NCBI GenBank assembly: GCA_046563655.1
Contig: CM102290.1
Span: 434,001-498,000, forward strand
Reading direction: 5' to 3'
DNA length: 64,000 nucleotides
Source of the DNA: Yuukianura sp. NJ FZ-2021
Taxonomy: Eukaryota
The notes beneath the pieces are model-generated. The model worked only from the letters and a program-made list of their open reading frames with translations, was not told the DNA's origin and made no database searches. The translations under genes and the position numbers were made by a program. This document shows positions 49,629 through 63,400 of this stretch, in pieces. Numbering within the stretch: position 1 is the stretch's first letter; each line of letters starts with the position of its first letter.

Positions 49629-51253
49629 TACTAAAAAGTACTATTACTTATAGTACGAATCGTCGCTTCTTCTTCACACCAGTAAGTTATTTCAACCGCT
49701 ACCACTACCACCGTATGTACTACTATTAACTTTAGTTTCGCCAACGCTCAAATCATCAACATTAATCTAAAAGTTGCTGATCGCTGCTAATTCTAATTAA
49801 TTGTTGCTAAAACTCTGACTCTATCGTGTTAGACTAAAAAAAACTTTTAGTCGTTGGCCAGTTATAAAAAAAAACGAATAGAATCTGATAATTTTTGTTT
49901 ATAATTTACAAGCTAAGCTAGGTTAAAATGACGAACTGAAAGATAACGACGTATCGAGTAGATTTAAGTCAAATTAATCAAATTTTTAAAATATAAAAAA
50001 GTTCGAAAAACGACAAAATAAAAAGTAAAAGTTGGGTATTTTGAAAACTTTTTTTTTCTCCAAAGATAAAAATCACCATAAATCGTAACGATTGATTTTA
50101 TTGCTCTCAATGTTATTTTTAAACGATTAACAATAGAAATTCGAAACTTTTTTTGTGAGTATGATAGGAGTTCAATTTTTCGTTTCTCGTGTGGTTGGTC
50201 ACTTCAAAGAAAAAATCAAATTGAAATTACCAGAAAACGTTAACTCTGTAACTATAATTGTGAATTTAACAAGTGTGACCTTTGCCCTAATTTTCAGAAA
50301 AAAATTCTACCAGTTTTTTTTTCAAGTTAAAGCGTCCCTGTCATGTCAATTGATAATTAAAGTGATCATCAGTCTCAATTTCACCCTTCAGACGATTTTT
50401 AGCTCAAACTAAAATTCTGACATAAACTTTTGCTCATTGATATGTTAGTTTAGAGCCACAGTTTAACAAAGAGTATAACCTTAAGTCAACTAATTGAACT
50501 AATCAATTCCTTCTGCCAATTCTAGTTGTCGTGTCCATGTCTAGGGTGACTGCGTAACCTTGCTAAAAGTCTAAAGGATTATGTGAATACTGGAACAGGC
50601 TGCCATAAACATACGGCTGATATAAGTTTTCTTTTTAAATTTAAATTTTAAATTTATAAATCTATGGTCTTTAGCTGCACTTTAGTAAAAAAGTCTTTCA
50701 TGATTTCCTACGGAATTCCCGTGTTAACTGACTAACCGACTAGCCGGTTACTAGTAGATAGGTATCATCCCACAAATTAGCAATTTGTTAATGTTACTCG
50801 AACTCTCAAGTTCGAAATTGGAACTTCGAGTTCGAATTGCTCGAAATTTCCCGCCAACGGTTGGAGTGGAGCCCACCGCTAAAAAGAAACACGACTGCTC
50901 AATATCTCTCGACAAGCACAGTGGATTTCTTTGCTCTGAGCTTAAGCAGAAAAGGTTAGCCTACTTTTAGCCTCACCCGCTAAAACCAGGATGACCTTGA
51001 TCTTAAGCTCAATGCAAAAATCCACCATTCTCGTCGCAGGACACATTCACCCATCCGTGTCACTTTAGCTTTAACTAAGGCTCCACTCCAAAACAGAACT
51101 AAAGTAGAAAACCAAACTATAAAAACCCGTCCCAACTAAATAATACTTTCATCTAACGAAACACAAGTCGTGTAGCTGCAGGGAGACGCTGATTCGGATG
51201 CTGTCGTTACCGTCTGCGAAGTTAAAAACGTTCAAGCGATGAAAAACGGAGTT

Positions 51254-53102
51254 TTAGTCCTGTTGATCTACGTCGTCCCAGGAGAAGCGTCGTCCGTTCC
51301 CTTCTCCCAAGTAGTTGTAATGATCGTCAAAGTTGTCGTCCATGTCTTTGAGCTCTTTGAAGCGGGAGTAGAGTAGCTGCTCTGCAAATGAGTACAGTTC
51401 TAGGTCTAAGGCATTCACGGCCCTCACTACTTCGAGTTGCTCAGGCGTGGTTTCTTCCAAAGTGGACTTGGAGTAAGTGTCTTCATTTTGAGTAAAGGGA
51501 GACTTGAACCGAACTCCAAAAGTTTCTTCAAAAACGTATTGCGATATCTGCGGAAATCCAACAAATTATAAATTTTACAATGAAAAACTATATTTTACTT
51601 TGAGTTTTTATAGATTCAGAGACGTACTCTTTGATGTTCCGTCAGTCCCACGAAGGCCATCGATTCTAAATTATGTTTGGCTGAAGCTAGGAGGATTCTG
51701 TTCCGTTCTGATTCCGGCACAGCTGATCTGGAGAGAGCAACAAATTTTAAATTTTACGACTAATTACGACAAATCTAAGGTCAAGTCAGCGGACATACTA
51801 ATTTCCACTCAAATGAGCATGCGAAAGATTGAGCGCTAAAAAAGTGAGTCAACATTCTAACCTGTTATAGCATCCAACGAGGGATAGGTCGGCAAGCATT
51901 CGTGTTTGGCGATTGAATCCCATGTTGTACGGACATGCCAAAAAGTCATTCAGCTTCACCCCTTTCCAACTTCGGCCAGTATAACAACTACCTAGTTCCT
52001 GCAATTTATAATCAAGATTAATGTTAATAACTATGTTGAAAGTGAAATATAGCAAGTATAAAGTGTAACTTACCAAAGCAGAAGCAAATCGTCCATCGCA
52101 ACTATGTCTAGAAGCTTTCCATGTAGCACCTCGTTGGACATGACGAAATTCAGACAGGAAACGGTGTATAGGATCTCGGATCATTGTCATATAAAAGTAC
52201 CTGGAAACAAAAAAATCATGCTAACCTGTAATTTTAAAAGTTTCATAATCTCAAAACTTTGTTTCCGGTTGACTTTACCTCCTTTTGTTCTCTGATCCAT
52301 AAGCTTTGTTCAACTCTGCGTCGACGCAGGTACTCAATTCTGTCCAGTCTGCATGTAGGCCACAAACCCATCCCGTAGCAAATCTACTGAACAACCATGG
52401 CTCGGAACTCTGCTTCGATTTATTGGATCCTGAAATAAGGTCAATCCATAACCAATTTGTTCCGCCATAAATAAAAATATACATAGCCTAAAAGCCAATA
52501 TAGTAAAACTTTTTTTTTTACTAAAAACTTACCACTATCAACGCCTACTTGCGGACGCGGGCATTTGCATCTCTTTCGCCTTTTCCAGCACACACAAGGC
52601 TGTTCCATATCCAGATCCTGTACAATGTGCTTCTCAAAGGACGTTCCGCCGGTTTTCTGAATATGTAGGAGCACGAGCATGTCGGACTTTGAAGCATTAA
52701 ACTTAATCCCTGAGTGAACAATGGCGCGGTAGGGTACAAGGCCAAGGTTAGTTGACCGCTGGGTCAACTTTTCGTGATATGTGATTGGAGATGAGATGGG
52801 TTCCCTGGGCCCATCTTCGGCTGATATTACTTCCAGTTCGGATCCAGTGTACTCGTCATCTTCATCTTGAGGGCCCAGTGACCCTAGACGGACTGGGACA
52901 CGGACGGGAGGTGACGGTGCGAGAACGGTGATGCTGGGCAAGTTATGCCATGGAAGTAGATACAGCAGAAAGAACAGGGTTCCACCACACAGAACCTAAG
53001 GACACAATAAACGGAGTTAATGCTTTGGTCAATTGCAATAAAATCGTTGCTTATTCGTTTCGAAAATGGACAAAAACTTACCAATGTCGAAGGAATTCTC
53101 AT
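51254..53102 (-). CDS. HS6ST: Heparan-sulfate 6-O-sulfotransferase
   Basis: MRIPSTL|VLCGGTLFFLLYLLPW signal anchor, LHIQKTGGT (5'-PAPS site), WLFSRFATGWVCGLHADWTEL, RDPIHRFLSEFRHVQRGATWK, NRQTRMLADLSLVGCYN and NALDLELY. Confidence 0.95.
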
Positions 53103-54934
53103 AGCAAAGTACGGAAGTGTTTCTGTTGTGGAACTTCGCCCATACTTCAATGCCCAAAGTTAGCTGCAAAGTAAGCTGCCAGTAATAAAATGTTCCAGGA
53201 AGCTCTCAAATTGTTATCTGCTGGACAAGTCTTGGATAGTTTAGCTGCCAATGTATATCTGAGTGAGCTGCCTGCAGAACGATATTCACAACCACCGATT
53301 GTATGGAGGGAAGAGTAGTAATCTGTGATAAACGGAGACGACGACAGATGATGTGTCTTCTCTTGCAGAGGAGAAATTGGTAACATCGAATTAGTTACTT
53401 GACGTTAACACACTTAAAGTTCAGCAGAAGGAGTTTTCAACCAATTTAATCCCTTTTGTGCGCCAATTGAATGAAACCTCATACAAAAATTAGATGTAGA
53501 AGTTGTCTATCGACGATGGACGACGAACAACGGACTTGGAAGGATGCGTTGATGTTGCTTCTTTTAAAATATGATGTGATTAATCGCGGCTAATCACATT
53601 CACTGTACTAAAAACTAAAATACAAGTTCACTAGGACTTTTTAGAGAATCCTTACGAACGACTTTATGAAAACAAAGGGAAAATCGTTCACTCCGGAACT
53701 CAATTCCTTCAGCACACAAGAGCTGCCATTAATGTTTTTGGCCAAATGGCCTCTGGTACTACCAGTGGTAGTTGATCCATTCCACGAGGGTTTGCACTTT
53801 CTAAACATACACATAAACTTACAAACGTCACGGAGTCATCGTCACCCCATTAACGTGACTTTCTTACGACGGATAACGCCAAGGTTCGTAGCATGAACAA
53901 ACGTTTTAAGTCTCTCCGACGTTACATAACGTTTAGGAATTCTGAAGACTTCGTTGGGAAGGAAGCATGGAGATCGGGACAATATAATTGATGATACACA
54001 TGAGATCAAAGTACCTCGGAAACCGTGAACCACTGGGTTCGTCTGGAGCCAACCCGTCGGTAGTGTCGTGTCAATACCGGAACCCGTCACGGTACTGAGT
54101 AATGGTACGATTCGATTATTCACCGCAGGCCAGCTGATGCTGATCGCTAATGGGACCAACACGTCCAACTTCTCAGATGAACACAAAGTTCAAAAGCCCT
54201 CGTCGAGACATCGGCGAGGTTGATGAGTCCGATATTAGTTACCAACAAGTTGTAGGTCACCAACTGACCCTAGTCAGTGTAGAGGTAATTTGGCGACGAC
54301 AGTAGAGCTGCCAGTGTACGCAGTGCCTCTCCTCCTCCCAAGACACCAACACCACTAAACTGTTCGTGTGCGAGACACGGAACCAGTTTTTGTGGTGAAT
54401 GGAGGGAGATTACTCGCAAATTCCTCAACTGCATGCTCTGATTTTTTTGCCTTCTCCTTTGTCCTTTCTAAATTTTTGCTTGCATGGGATTTGTCAATTT
54501 GACGAATTGAGATTTACAATTGCCACTTGCAATTCGTGACAAAATTTTGTGGCAAAATCATCGAAAAGTTGCAAATTCGATTTTCTTAGTCAAAATAGCG
54601 TGGTAAATTATTCCTTAGAACTCATGTTTTGTACGAAATTTTATGTATTGTTATGTAGCTTATTTTATTTCAATATTAGTGAAACTCACTTCGTTTTAAT
54701 AAGTCAAAACTTCTAACTATATGGGGGGAGGGATATTGTGTTGTTGAAGTCCCTGAACAGGTTTTGCTTTTCCAATTTGTACTATTGACAAACCGGCAAA
54801 CTTTGTAAGTGTAACTGCTTAAATCCAAGACGGTAATAAAAATGTTTCCAAAATATATAAACTGAAATTTTTGCAGTAATTGAGTGCCTAAAATTAAAAA
54901 GATAGGAAAACAGTTCTTGCTGTTTCATAGATTT

Positions 54935-55000
54935 GCAATACAAAATACAAAAACGCAAAAACAAAATGCAGAAATGCAAGGTGCAAAGTGCAAAGTGCAA
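54935..55000. repeat. Degenerate 7-mer tandem repeat (TGCAAAA/TGCAAAG-like)
   Basis: caaaata caaaaac gcaaaaa caaaatg cagaaatg caaggtg caaagtg caaagtg caa. Confidence 0.6.
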
Positions 55001-55154
55001 CACAAAAAAGCTCCTCCCTTTGCCCTCCGCATCTTCACATCTGATTCTCAGTCGCATCGCATCTATTCGTACATTGGTAATCAGCTGAAACGGAACTGTC
55101 AACTAAAAAGACTAAACTATTTACTAATTGAAATATTAATTGATTCGGCAAGAC

Positions 55155-57076
55155 ATGGAGTTATTGCGACCAAGTCTGGGTAAGAGATAAACCTTACAAT
55201 TGACTTGCACAAATTCCAGGTTGAAACTAATGATAAATTTAATTAGGTCGAATCGGATCCCGCATCTTCAAATGCAACTTTCCAGTGAGCACAACACTTC
55301 GTATACCCAGTCGATCCGTATCCGTCCTTCCAGATTTGCCAGAAAGTCATGAAATGCTACGGAAAACTTGCCGAGACTTTGCTGAAGGAGTACTCAAGCC
55401 AAATGCTGCCAAATGTGACAAGGAACATCTCTATCCGAAGGAACAGGTTAGACACTAACTCGCCATAGTCACGATTGACGTTAGTACGTAAAAGTTATCA
55501 ATGATGGATTACTGTATTTTTCAACTTGTCTTCCAGGTTAAGAAAATGGGCGAACTTGGGCTGATGGGTATTGCCGTTCCGGAAGAATATGGAGGTGCCG
55601 GCCTTGATTATTTAGCCTACGCAATCGCAATGGAAGAGATATCACGGTACGACTCCAGGACTTAAGTCCATAACGTAACTAACTAACTAACTACGTTGTG
55701 AACCTAGGTAAAACGTCGTAAAAACGTTTTTTTTTTCTGAACAACTGTAGAGGATGTGCCACAGCCGGAGTTATCCTAAGTGCCCATAATTCCTTGTACC
55801 TCGGTCCTATCAAAAACTTTGGAACCAAGCAACAAAAGGAAAAGTTCCTCACAGGCTTTACCGATGGCTCAAAAATTGGCTGTTTCGCACTAAGTGAACC
55901 AGGTTCGCCACTTTAAATCAAAAGTCCATCTATTATTATCATGTCAGTAACTCAGAAGTTAGTCCATTTTGATTCGAAATATCACAGGAAACGGGAGTGA
56001 TGCTGGGGCAGCATCTACGATGGCCAAGGACACCGGCTCCTCTTTTCTCATAAACGGAACAAAGGCTTGGATAACCAACGCATTCGAATCAGAAGGCGCC
56101 GTTTTATTTGCCACTACGGATAAATCACTTAAACACAAAGGAATTTCTGCTTTCGTTTTTTCTAAACCTGTCAAAGGTTATTATTTTCTACTATCGTTTG
56201 TAACCTAATAACTTCCTTATTAGTTAATGTTAATGTTGGCAATATTATGACTCTGAAAATCCTTGATTCCACAGGGTTATCCTTGGGTAAAAAAGAAGAC
56301 AAACTAGGAATACGTGGCTCATCTACTTGCAACTTAATCTTTGAAGACTGTGAGGTTCCCAAGGAGAGTATTCTTGGTTCTCCTGGAATGGGATTCAAAA
56401 TTGCAATGAAAACACTGGGTGAGTTGATGCTGGACAGTTTTTCAAATTAAACTTTTACAAAAGAGAATAATTTAACTTAATTGCCAAATCTTAATAATTA
56501 GAAATCACAGAAACTATAAATTAATTGTAAATTATTTAGATGAAGGGAGGATTGGGATAGCAGGTCAAGCCCTTGGAATTGCACAAGCCTCCTTGGACTG
56601 TGCAATGAGTTATGCTAGAACCAGAACTGCCTTTGGAAACTCCATTCTCAAATTACAATCTATTCAACAGAAAATAGCAGACATGGCCACAAGAATCAAT
56701 GCTTCCAGACTCTTAACATACCATGCGGCTTCTCTTAAAGACAACGGGAGGCCGTTTACAAAGGTATGACTAGTTAATAGTTTTTTGGACTATGTTAGTT
56801 CAATTAATCTGATTCTAGTTAGTATTAATTCCTTCCTGTCTCTTTTGTGATGAACAGGAAGCAGCCATGGCTAAACTATTTTCTAGTGAGACGGCAACAT
56901 TTGCTGCCCATCAAGCCATCCAGATCTTGGGTGGCATGGGCTACGTTTCAGATATGCCGGCAGAAAGACACTACCGAGATGCCCGCATTACGGAGATCTA
57001 TGAAGGTACTTCTGAAATTCAGCGCCTCGTCATTGCAGGGAATTTAATCAAGGAATACGAAGCTATGACACAATGA
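55155..57076 (+). CDS. ACADS: Short-chain specific acyl-CoA dehydrogenase, mitochondrial
   Basis: [62 protein letters not shown] and [39 protein letters not shown]. Confidence 0.96.
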
Positions 57077-57230
57077 CGAAGAGCTTCTCTTGTGCCTTGC
57101 TCCAGAACAAAGCTTCTCTCTTCTTGTGAACTTTAAATTTTCTCTGTATCTTTTGCTAATAAGAGATGCAAAAAAAAGGAATAAAGGATAAATTACTGGT
57201 GTGTAAGGATTTCGGTAAGTGACCAGTTGA

Positions 57231-59088
57231 TTAGTCCGTTTCCGCACGCGTTCCGCGAACTTCTCCTGTACGACGAGCCTGTCAAAGTTAACAATTCATT
57301 ACTACAAGGTTTAAAAATTTAGATTAAAAAAAATTCAGTAATGCACTCCTATTAGTATGTTTGGTAAGCTGCAACTTTCGCCCGTTATTCTAATTTTTTC
57401 CGGTGCGATTATAATTATTACAGTCAATTCATAACTTAATTTCCTAACAAGGAAGAAGATGACTGTTTATAGACTTTTAGCGCAATAACGAACTAATTGC
57501 ACGCTGACAGTGTAACTGGTATTGGTTTATAGCAATTCAATTATCCTTAGTACTGCATGACCTAAATTGGCATGCTAGAAACACGAATTAATTATAGACT
57601 TTGACTCATCTCTAACTTTCCCAATATGCAATTTTCCAATTGACAACTATCAAATATGAATATTTACATGAACAACAAGGACACCAAAATTGTAGTTCTA
57701 AATCCGCGCGGCGCAAAGTTAAAATTAAAAACGTTGACCTAACGTAAGTGAAGTTAACTGGCCAACTAACCCCGTCCTACCTCGTTTGTCAATTTGAGTA
57801 AAGACGTAAAAGTGAATACTATTTGACTTACCTTCTCCAGTTCCTCTCGAACACGATCCTCTAATGCTCGAATATCCTCCAGTGTCATTCCATGCCATCG
57901 GTCAATCCAGCAAAAAACTTGCCTGAAAAAAAAATAAAAAGTTGTAAACAGTATGCTTGTTATCCTTTATTCGAAGGAGGAAGTGCTGTCATTAAAAATT
58001 GATTTGATTCGATTTCTATAAGTTGAGGAATTGAAGTGTACCTACCTGTGGAAATTGGTAAAGAGGCGTCGTTCTGCTCGTTGAATAAAGTTTTCAACAC
58101 GACTTTGGAGTCCAAACCATTTGAATTCAGCAGTTACCAATTTGTAGCATGTCATCACAGGTTCAGACTGTCAAGACAATATGAATTAGATTTGAACTTA
58201 TCAATCAATCATTATAGTAATCACTAGTTAGTCATGTATGAAGTTACAATGCTTGAATTTGAAATTAACAACGTACACGTGAGATCCAGTTGCCAGTCAA
58301 AGGACCACGACCGGTTTTTACGCTTGTAAATCGACTCGGATCCTCAGTCTGCTTATAGTCGCTGCTTGTAATTGGATCCGAAGCGATGTCCACCATAATT
58401 ACTTCCCGCAACTTTAGTTTATCCGCCGTTAGTTCATGGACATTATGCTGGTCTCCCTTGTCTTGCAAATGGAGAGACTCAATGATGATAAAGAAGTTGT
58501 CCTTCATGTATCCCGGATTCTAAAAATGAGTCATCAAATTCAATTTATCATACAAACCCAATCATAACGTCACTCCATTCACAGTACTCTGCAATGATAA
58601 AGTGTTCTGAGGTGGATATCTTACAGAAATGACTGTTTTACAATAAGGGTAGGCGTTCCAGGCCTCTTCATGGATTTCCATGGAACCTTTTGGTGCAAGA
58701 ATACGGATGAATGCAGGGACTTTACTGGCGAGATGATACTTCTTATAGGTGTATTGACCCCGACGATACCGTCCGCCCAACAATGGTACATTATCAAATG
58801 GCTCATTCCGAATGACCTCTACTCCCTCCCCTCCCCCGGTTTCATTTTTGCTAGCCTCGGCCACAGAGTAGAGCTGACCGATTTGGTACTGGAATAAAAA
58901 ACGAAGATGTCAAACAGCTGATAACGACAATTCCAGAGTCCAGAGTAAGTTTAGAAACTTTGTCTTACTTCATCCACCGTGAGGGGCATCACAACACGGC
59001 TACAATTGAAACATCAATTAGAACCTCATCTTATATGATTAATCAAGTAATCCGTTAATCGTTCGACTTACAATTCCTTAATGAGCAT
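57231..59088 (-). CDS. Class I phosphatidylinositol transfer protein (PITP alpha/beta; vibrator/giotto-like)
   Basis: [60 protein letters not shown] and [17 protein letters not shown]. The last exon is [15 protein letters not shown] (57278-57231). Confidence 0.95.
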
Positions 59089-60416
59089 TTTGATTGAGTT
59101 TAGTAAGACCGAGTGCGATCAGTGGCCCAGACCAGTTCCTGAAGATTATTCTGATGAATCCGGATGATGTAGGTTGTCACCGGACGTTCTGGACGATCTC
59201 TTGGTTGCACTGACAAGGTGTAGTGACAGGAGTGACTAATTTCCGACGACCCCACTCGTATAATTGGTTCCTATTGACTGATTTTTGATTAATTTTGGAT
59301 TAAGAGAGAGAGGTGCTGGTTAGAAGTCTCCCTCCTCCTCCCAACTTTTACTCTGTGCTCTTCAGTTCAATCGAGAAAAAAAAGGAGTGGCTTCATGCGC
59401 GCCGATATTCAAATCAACCTTCACCTCCAGAGACGACGACGCACGTCACCATGACGACGCAACGTCAATCCAACGCCATAACGCAATGCATCACTTATCT
59501 CATCGTACGCTAAATTAATTAACATGAGAAAATTTCCCCAGATGATAAAATTTTCCTGCTAAAATTTCCCTGCTAAAATTTCCCTATATGATAAAATTTC
59601 CATCATCCGGCTTTATCCCCGCCGTCAAATAGGCGTATCCGCCGATAAGTTAGCAGCGATTCCTCATAACGTTTCCCTAACGTCACACATTCCATGGAGT
59701 CACATGGCGTCATTCCTTTCTTCTAATTACCAAAGAAAACGTTAACGTCAGATCTCTGCAAAATGGCAGTCAGCAGCATCATGTGTCTACCCTGAGGTTA
59801 GTAATCTCTCCCGGCTGATTGCTATATCTTACTGATTGACTGCTAATTGCTGATTGCTAATAACTGATTAGTACTTTTAACAGTTCCCAATTAAGCACGA
59901 ATCGATAAAAGATTAAAATTGCAGACAGATTTTGGGATTATCGTTCAATTGCCAATTTCATAGCCGTGGGAAAGTTAGTATCTAGTTATGCAGAGCAGCA
60001 TCGCTGAGAGACAACGCTGAAACAATGTCATAAAAATTCAATACGAGTCAAGAAGTGTCATGTTCATCCCCACATCAAATAGAATTGTATTTCATCACTC
60101 CACAATGTAGATCCATGTGAACTCCACATGTATCCCACTTCAAACACAGTTACTCAATCCATGTCTCTCACGCCTAAAACAATCAACCATAGTAACCTAC
60201 TACTCAACTTTGATTCTGGAAACAACATTCTGCCTTAACTGGAATGAAGAGTCAAGTTTCGAGTCCAACAAACTTAGCACGAATGATCTCATTTCAAAGG
60301 CGTTAAATACAAACAAACATTTTCGCATGGACATGCCAAACTTGCTTCCTGCATTTTCCTTTTGTCTTGTCTCTGAACAATTTAGTAAACTTAAGTTAAG
60401 AAGACCATCTTCAGGT

Positions 60417-63400
60417 TTAACTTCGTAGGATATTTTCATATGCCTGGTAAACTCCTGCCGTAACATCCACGGCCACAGATTTGAGACTCAACTGAAAAAA
60501 GATAAAATAAAAACATGTTGGAAGTCTTCAAAAAAGTTGGTAAAAGTTTCAAAAAATGTTCAATGTCAAAAAAGTTTATTCAGTCTTACCGTATAATTGT
60601 TGCTTCCTGATGGGACTTTGACTTCAATGAGAACCCATACATTGCTAACCAATTTGACAGACTGATACAACATATCCTGCCCCTCCACATTACGTTTTGC
60701 AATCGTAAAAATGTTGTTCTGCTGTGCCTTTTGAACAAGAGTCTCTGAAAAACATTTCAAGATAAATAGAAATTCAAACGTTCTAAAAAAATTCCCCACC
60801 AAACTATAGTAGTAAAACTCTAGAATTTCAAACCAAAAATTAAAAAAAAAGTGTCACCTGATGGATACGGAATATTTGCTAGAGTAAACTGGACTTCGTT
60901 CTGGGTTGGAATTTCCTTCCAAGTGGACAGGAAAATCCTCTTGTCCATTTCCCCATCTTCAGCAAAGTAAACGTTCATGGGAACTTGACACGCAAAGTAG
61001 AGAATGTCAACGTTGTTTTTCACCGCAACCTGAAAGTATCACAACAAAAATACGAAAAATTACTAACGTTTTTCATCCTTCATAACATCAGTATTCGAAA
61101 ATGCCCAGGGCAATACTACTTTTTTCCAACACAGTGGGAAAAACCGGGAAATACTCCCAGGCAATACTACTACTTTTGCCCAACCCAGTGGGAAAAACTG
61201 GGAAATTCCGGGAAATACTGTCCAATACTGTTATTTTCCAGTGCGAAAAAACCCGGAATTTCCCACTAGTATTGCCCATAGAATTTCCCATTTATGAGCA
61301 CTTTGTAACATGAAGGTTAAAAGACGAACCTGAAGGTTATTGATAGGGTCCATTTTCTGGATAGGTCCAGTCGTGTTCAGCAGTAAGGACACGTCACAGA
61401 CTTGATTTGGAGCCAGTGGCGACGGAACTTGCAGGGGCTGGGCAGGGATTAAGCCAAAACTGTTCTTGTTGAACTGAATTGCAAATCCAGTCATGGGCTG
61501 CATTGCTTTGTTGCAGAACTTCATCTCCATGTAAATCTGTCCATTTCTGTGTAACATTCGAACCAATTAGTTAACTAGTAAGTGACTTCAAACTGTTAGC
61601 TCAGTTTGTGATTACCTCCTGGCAAAAGTTCCAGAAATCTCCAGTCCCTTGCCCTTGACTGCCGCTAACCAAAGTATTTTGGGTGCGACATAAATCGTTT
61701 CTGCTGGTCCGAAGATATCTCCGAGCAGTCCACCGCCTCCACCCATCGGAACTGTGGGTTGAGCAACAGGAGGATTGTTGGACATTCCAAATCCAGTTCC
61801 ACTCGGCATTCCCACATCGAGCTGTCGTTCAGAAAAAGTCAAATTAGTGTTATGTGATTTGATTAATCACAATAAGGTAATCATAAATAGTCGCTTATTA
61901 CCAAAATGTCAAGTCCGGAACCCATCAGATTCATTCCAGAGAACGCCGGTTGTGAAGGCTGAACTAATTGAGGTGGATTGAGGTCCATTCCTAGCAGATC
62001 AGCTGTTAGCGAATCCTGTGATGGAATAACTGCAGTAGCAGCGGGAACAGCATCCGGTACTCCGACTCCTTCACCCCTAATGTAAAAAAAAACCAAAAAC
62101 TGAAATTTTGAAACTTAAAAAGTGAAATTTTGAAACTTAAAAACTGAAATTTTCGAACTTAAATTCTTGTGATTTGTGTTCTTAGCATGGTAGCTTACTT
62201 TGCGGGTAGGATTTTGCGTAGTCCGGATTTCCCTTCGACGAATGCGCTTGGTGGCTTATGATAAACGGATGCGAGGCTGGCAATGTGACAAATCAGTTCA
62301 TCTAGCAAAGTAGGTTCCAGCAGATCCGTTTCCTCTGAAATCAATGGCTTCTCAGCAAGAACAACTTCCTTGGCAGCACCAGGATCCGTTGACAACAGAC
62401 GCCAGTAAATGTAACCACGATCTCGCAGATCAGGGTTGTCCGAATCCTAAAATTAAAAGTAATGTGAAGTTAACAACTCATTGATTAGCTAAAACTTGAT
62501 GTTTCGTACTTGTGTAGCCAATGAAAGAACTTGCTGGACCAACTCCTGTGTGTCCGCTGGTCGTTTCAAAAACAACTTCACAATTGCCGTCAGAAGTTGG
62601 AGCTGCACTTGGCTATTTTCATCGGCAAACCCTTCCAGAAAACTCTCCAACAGCTCATCAGCATTATCAATTCTCTCAGCATATTCTCCAATAATCCAAA
62701 TCATAGAAGCTCTACGAACAATTTCAAAAAATTACAAAAACAGTAACCAGAAATATGAAATTTTGATAAAAATTTGACAAAATTGTGACACTAACCTTGC
62801 TTCAGGTTCGTCCAAAGTGTCCAGATTTTCACAAAGTGTAGAAATGATACTTTCGTATTTGTTCGGATACTTCCTGAAGATGTCCTTAATTACGACAATG
62901 GCTTCTTGCACGACATAGTTGACCTTGAAATTGAACACAATGACATTAACTTTTTGATCTTGTCGAGGTTAAAATCAACTTACCTTGGTTTGAATTAAAT
63001 CCAGCAATGTAGCAACACATCTCTCAGCTGATTGTTCCACTTTGATAGCACAACGTCCAATGGCCCTTACAGCTTTCCGAACGAAATCGACGTCCACTTC
63101 CGTTGCATATTCTTTGAGTTCAGACAGAACTTGGGCAATATTTGCTTGAGAAGCCAATCGAATCATTATGTCCAACTTCTCAAGTTTGACGTAAATAGGG
63201 TCGTTGTACTTGACAAAGAAAACTTTCATTTCGTGCTTCAAGATGTCCGGTCTTTTCTGGACAATCAGGTTGATGTTTCTGAGGGCAACGTATTGAACCT
63301 GAAAAAAAAACGTTTTATGAACGACATTTTTTCAAACAGGAAGTTATTTTAGTTGTTACCTCAGGTTCAGACGACAGCAGTGTGACCAAAGGTGGAGCCA

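Noticed and set aside
53842..54186. 114-aa ORF upstream of HS6ST
   Set aside because: Non-ATG start and no recognisable motif. More likely HS6ST 5' UTR or intron sequence.
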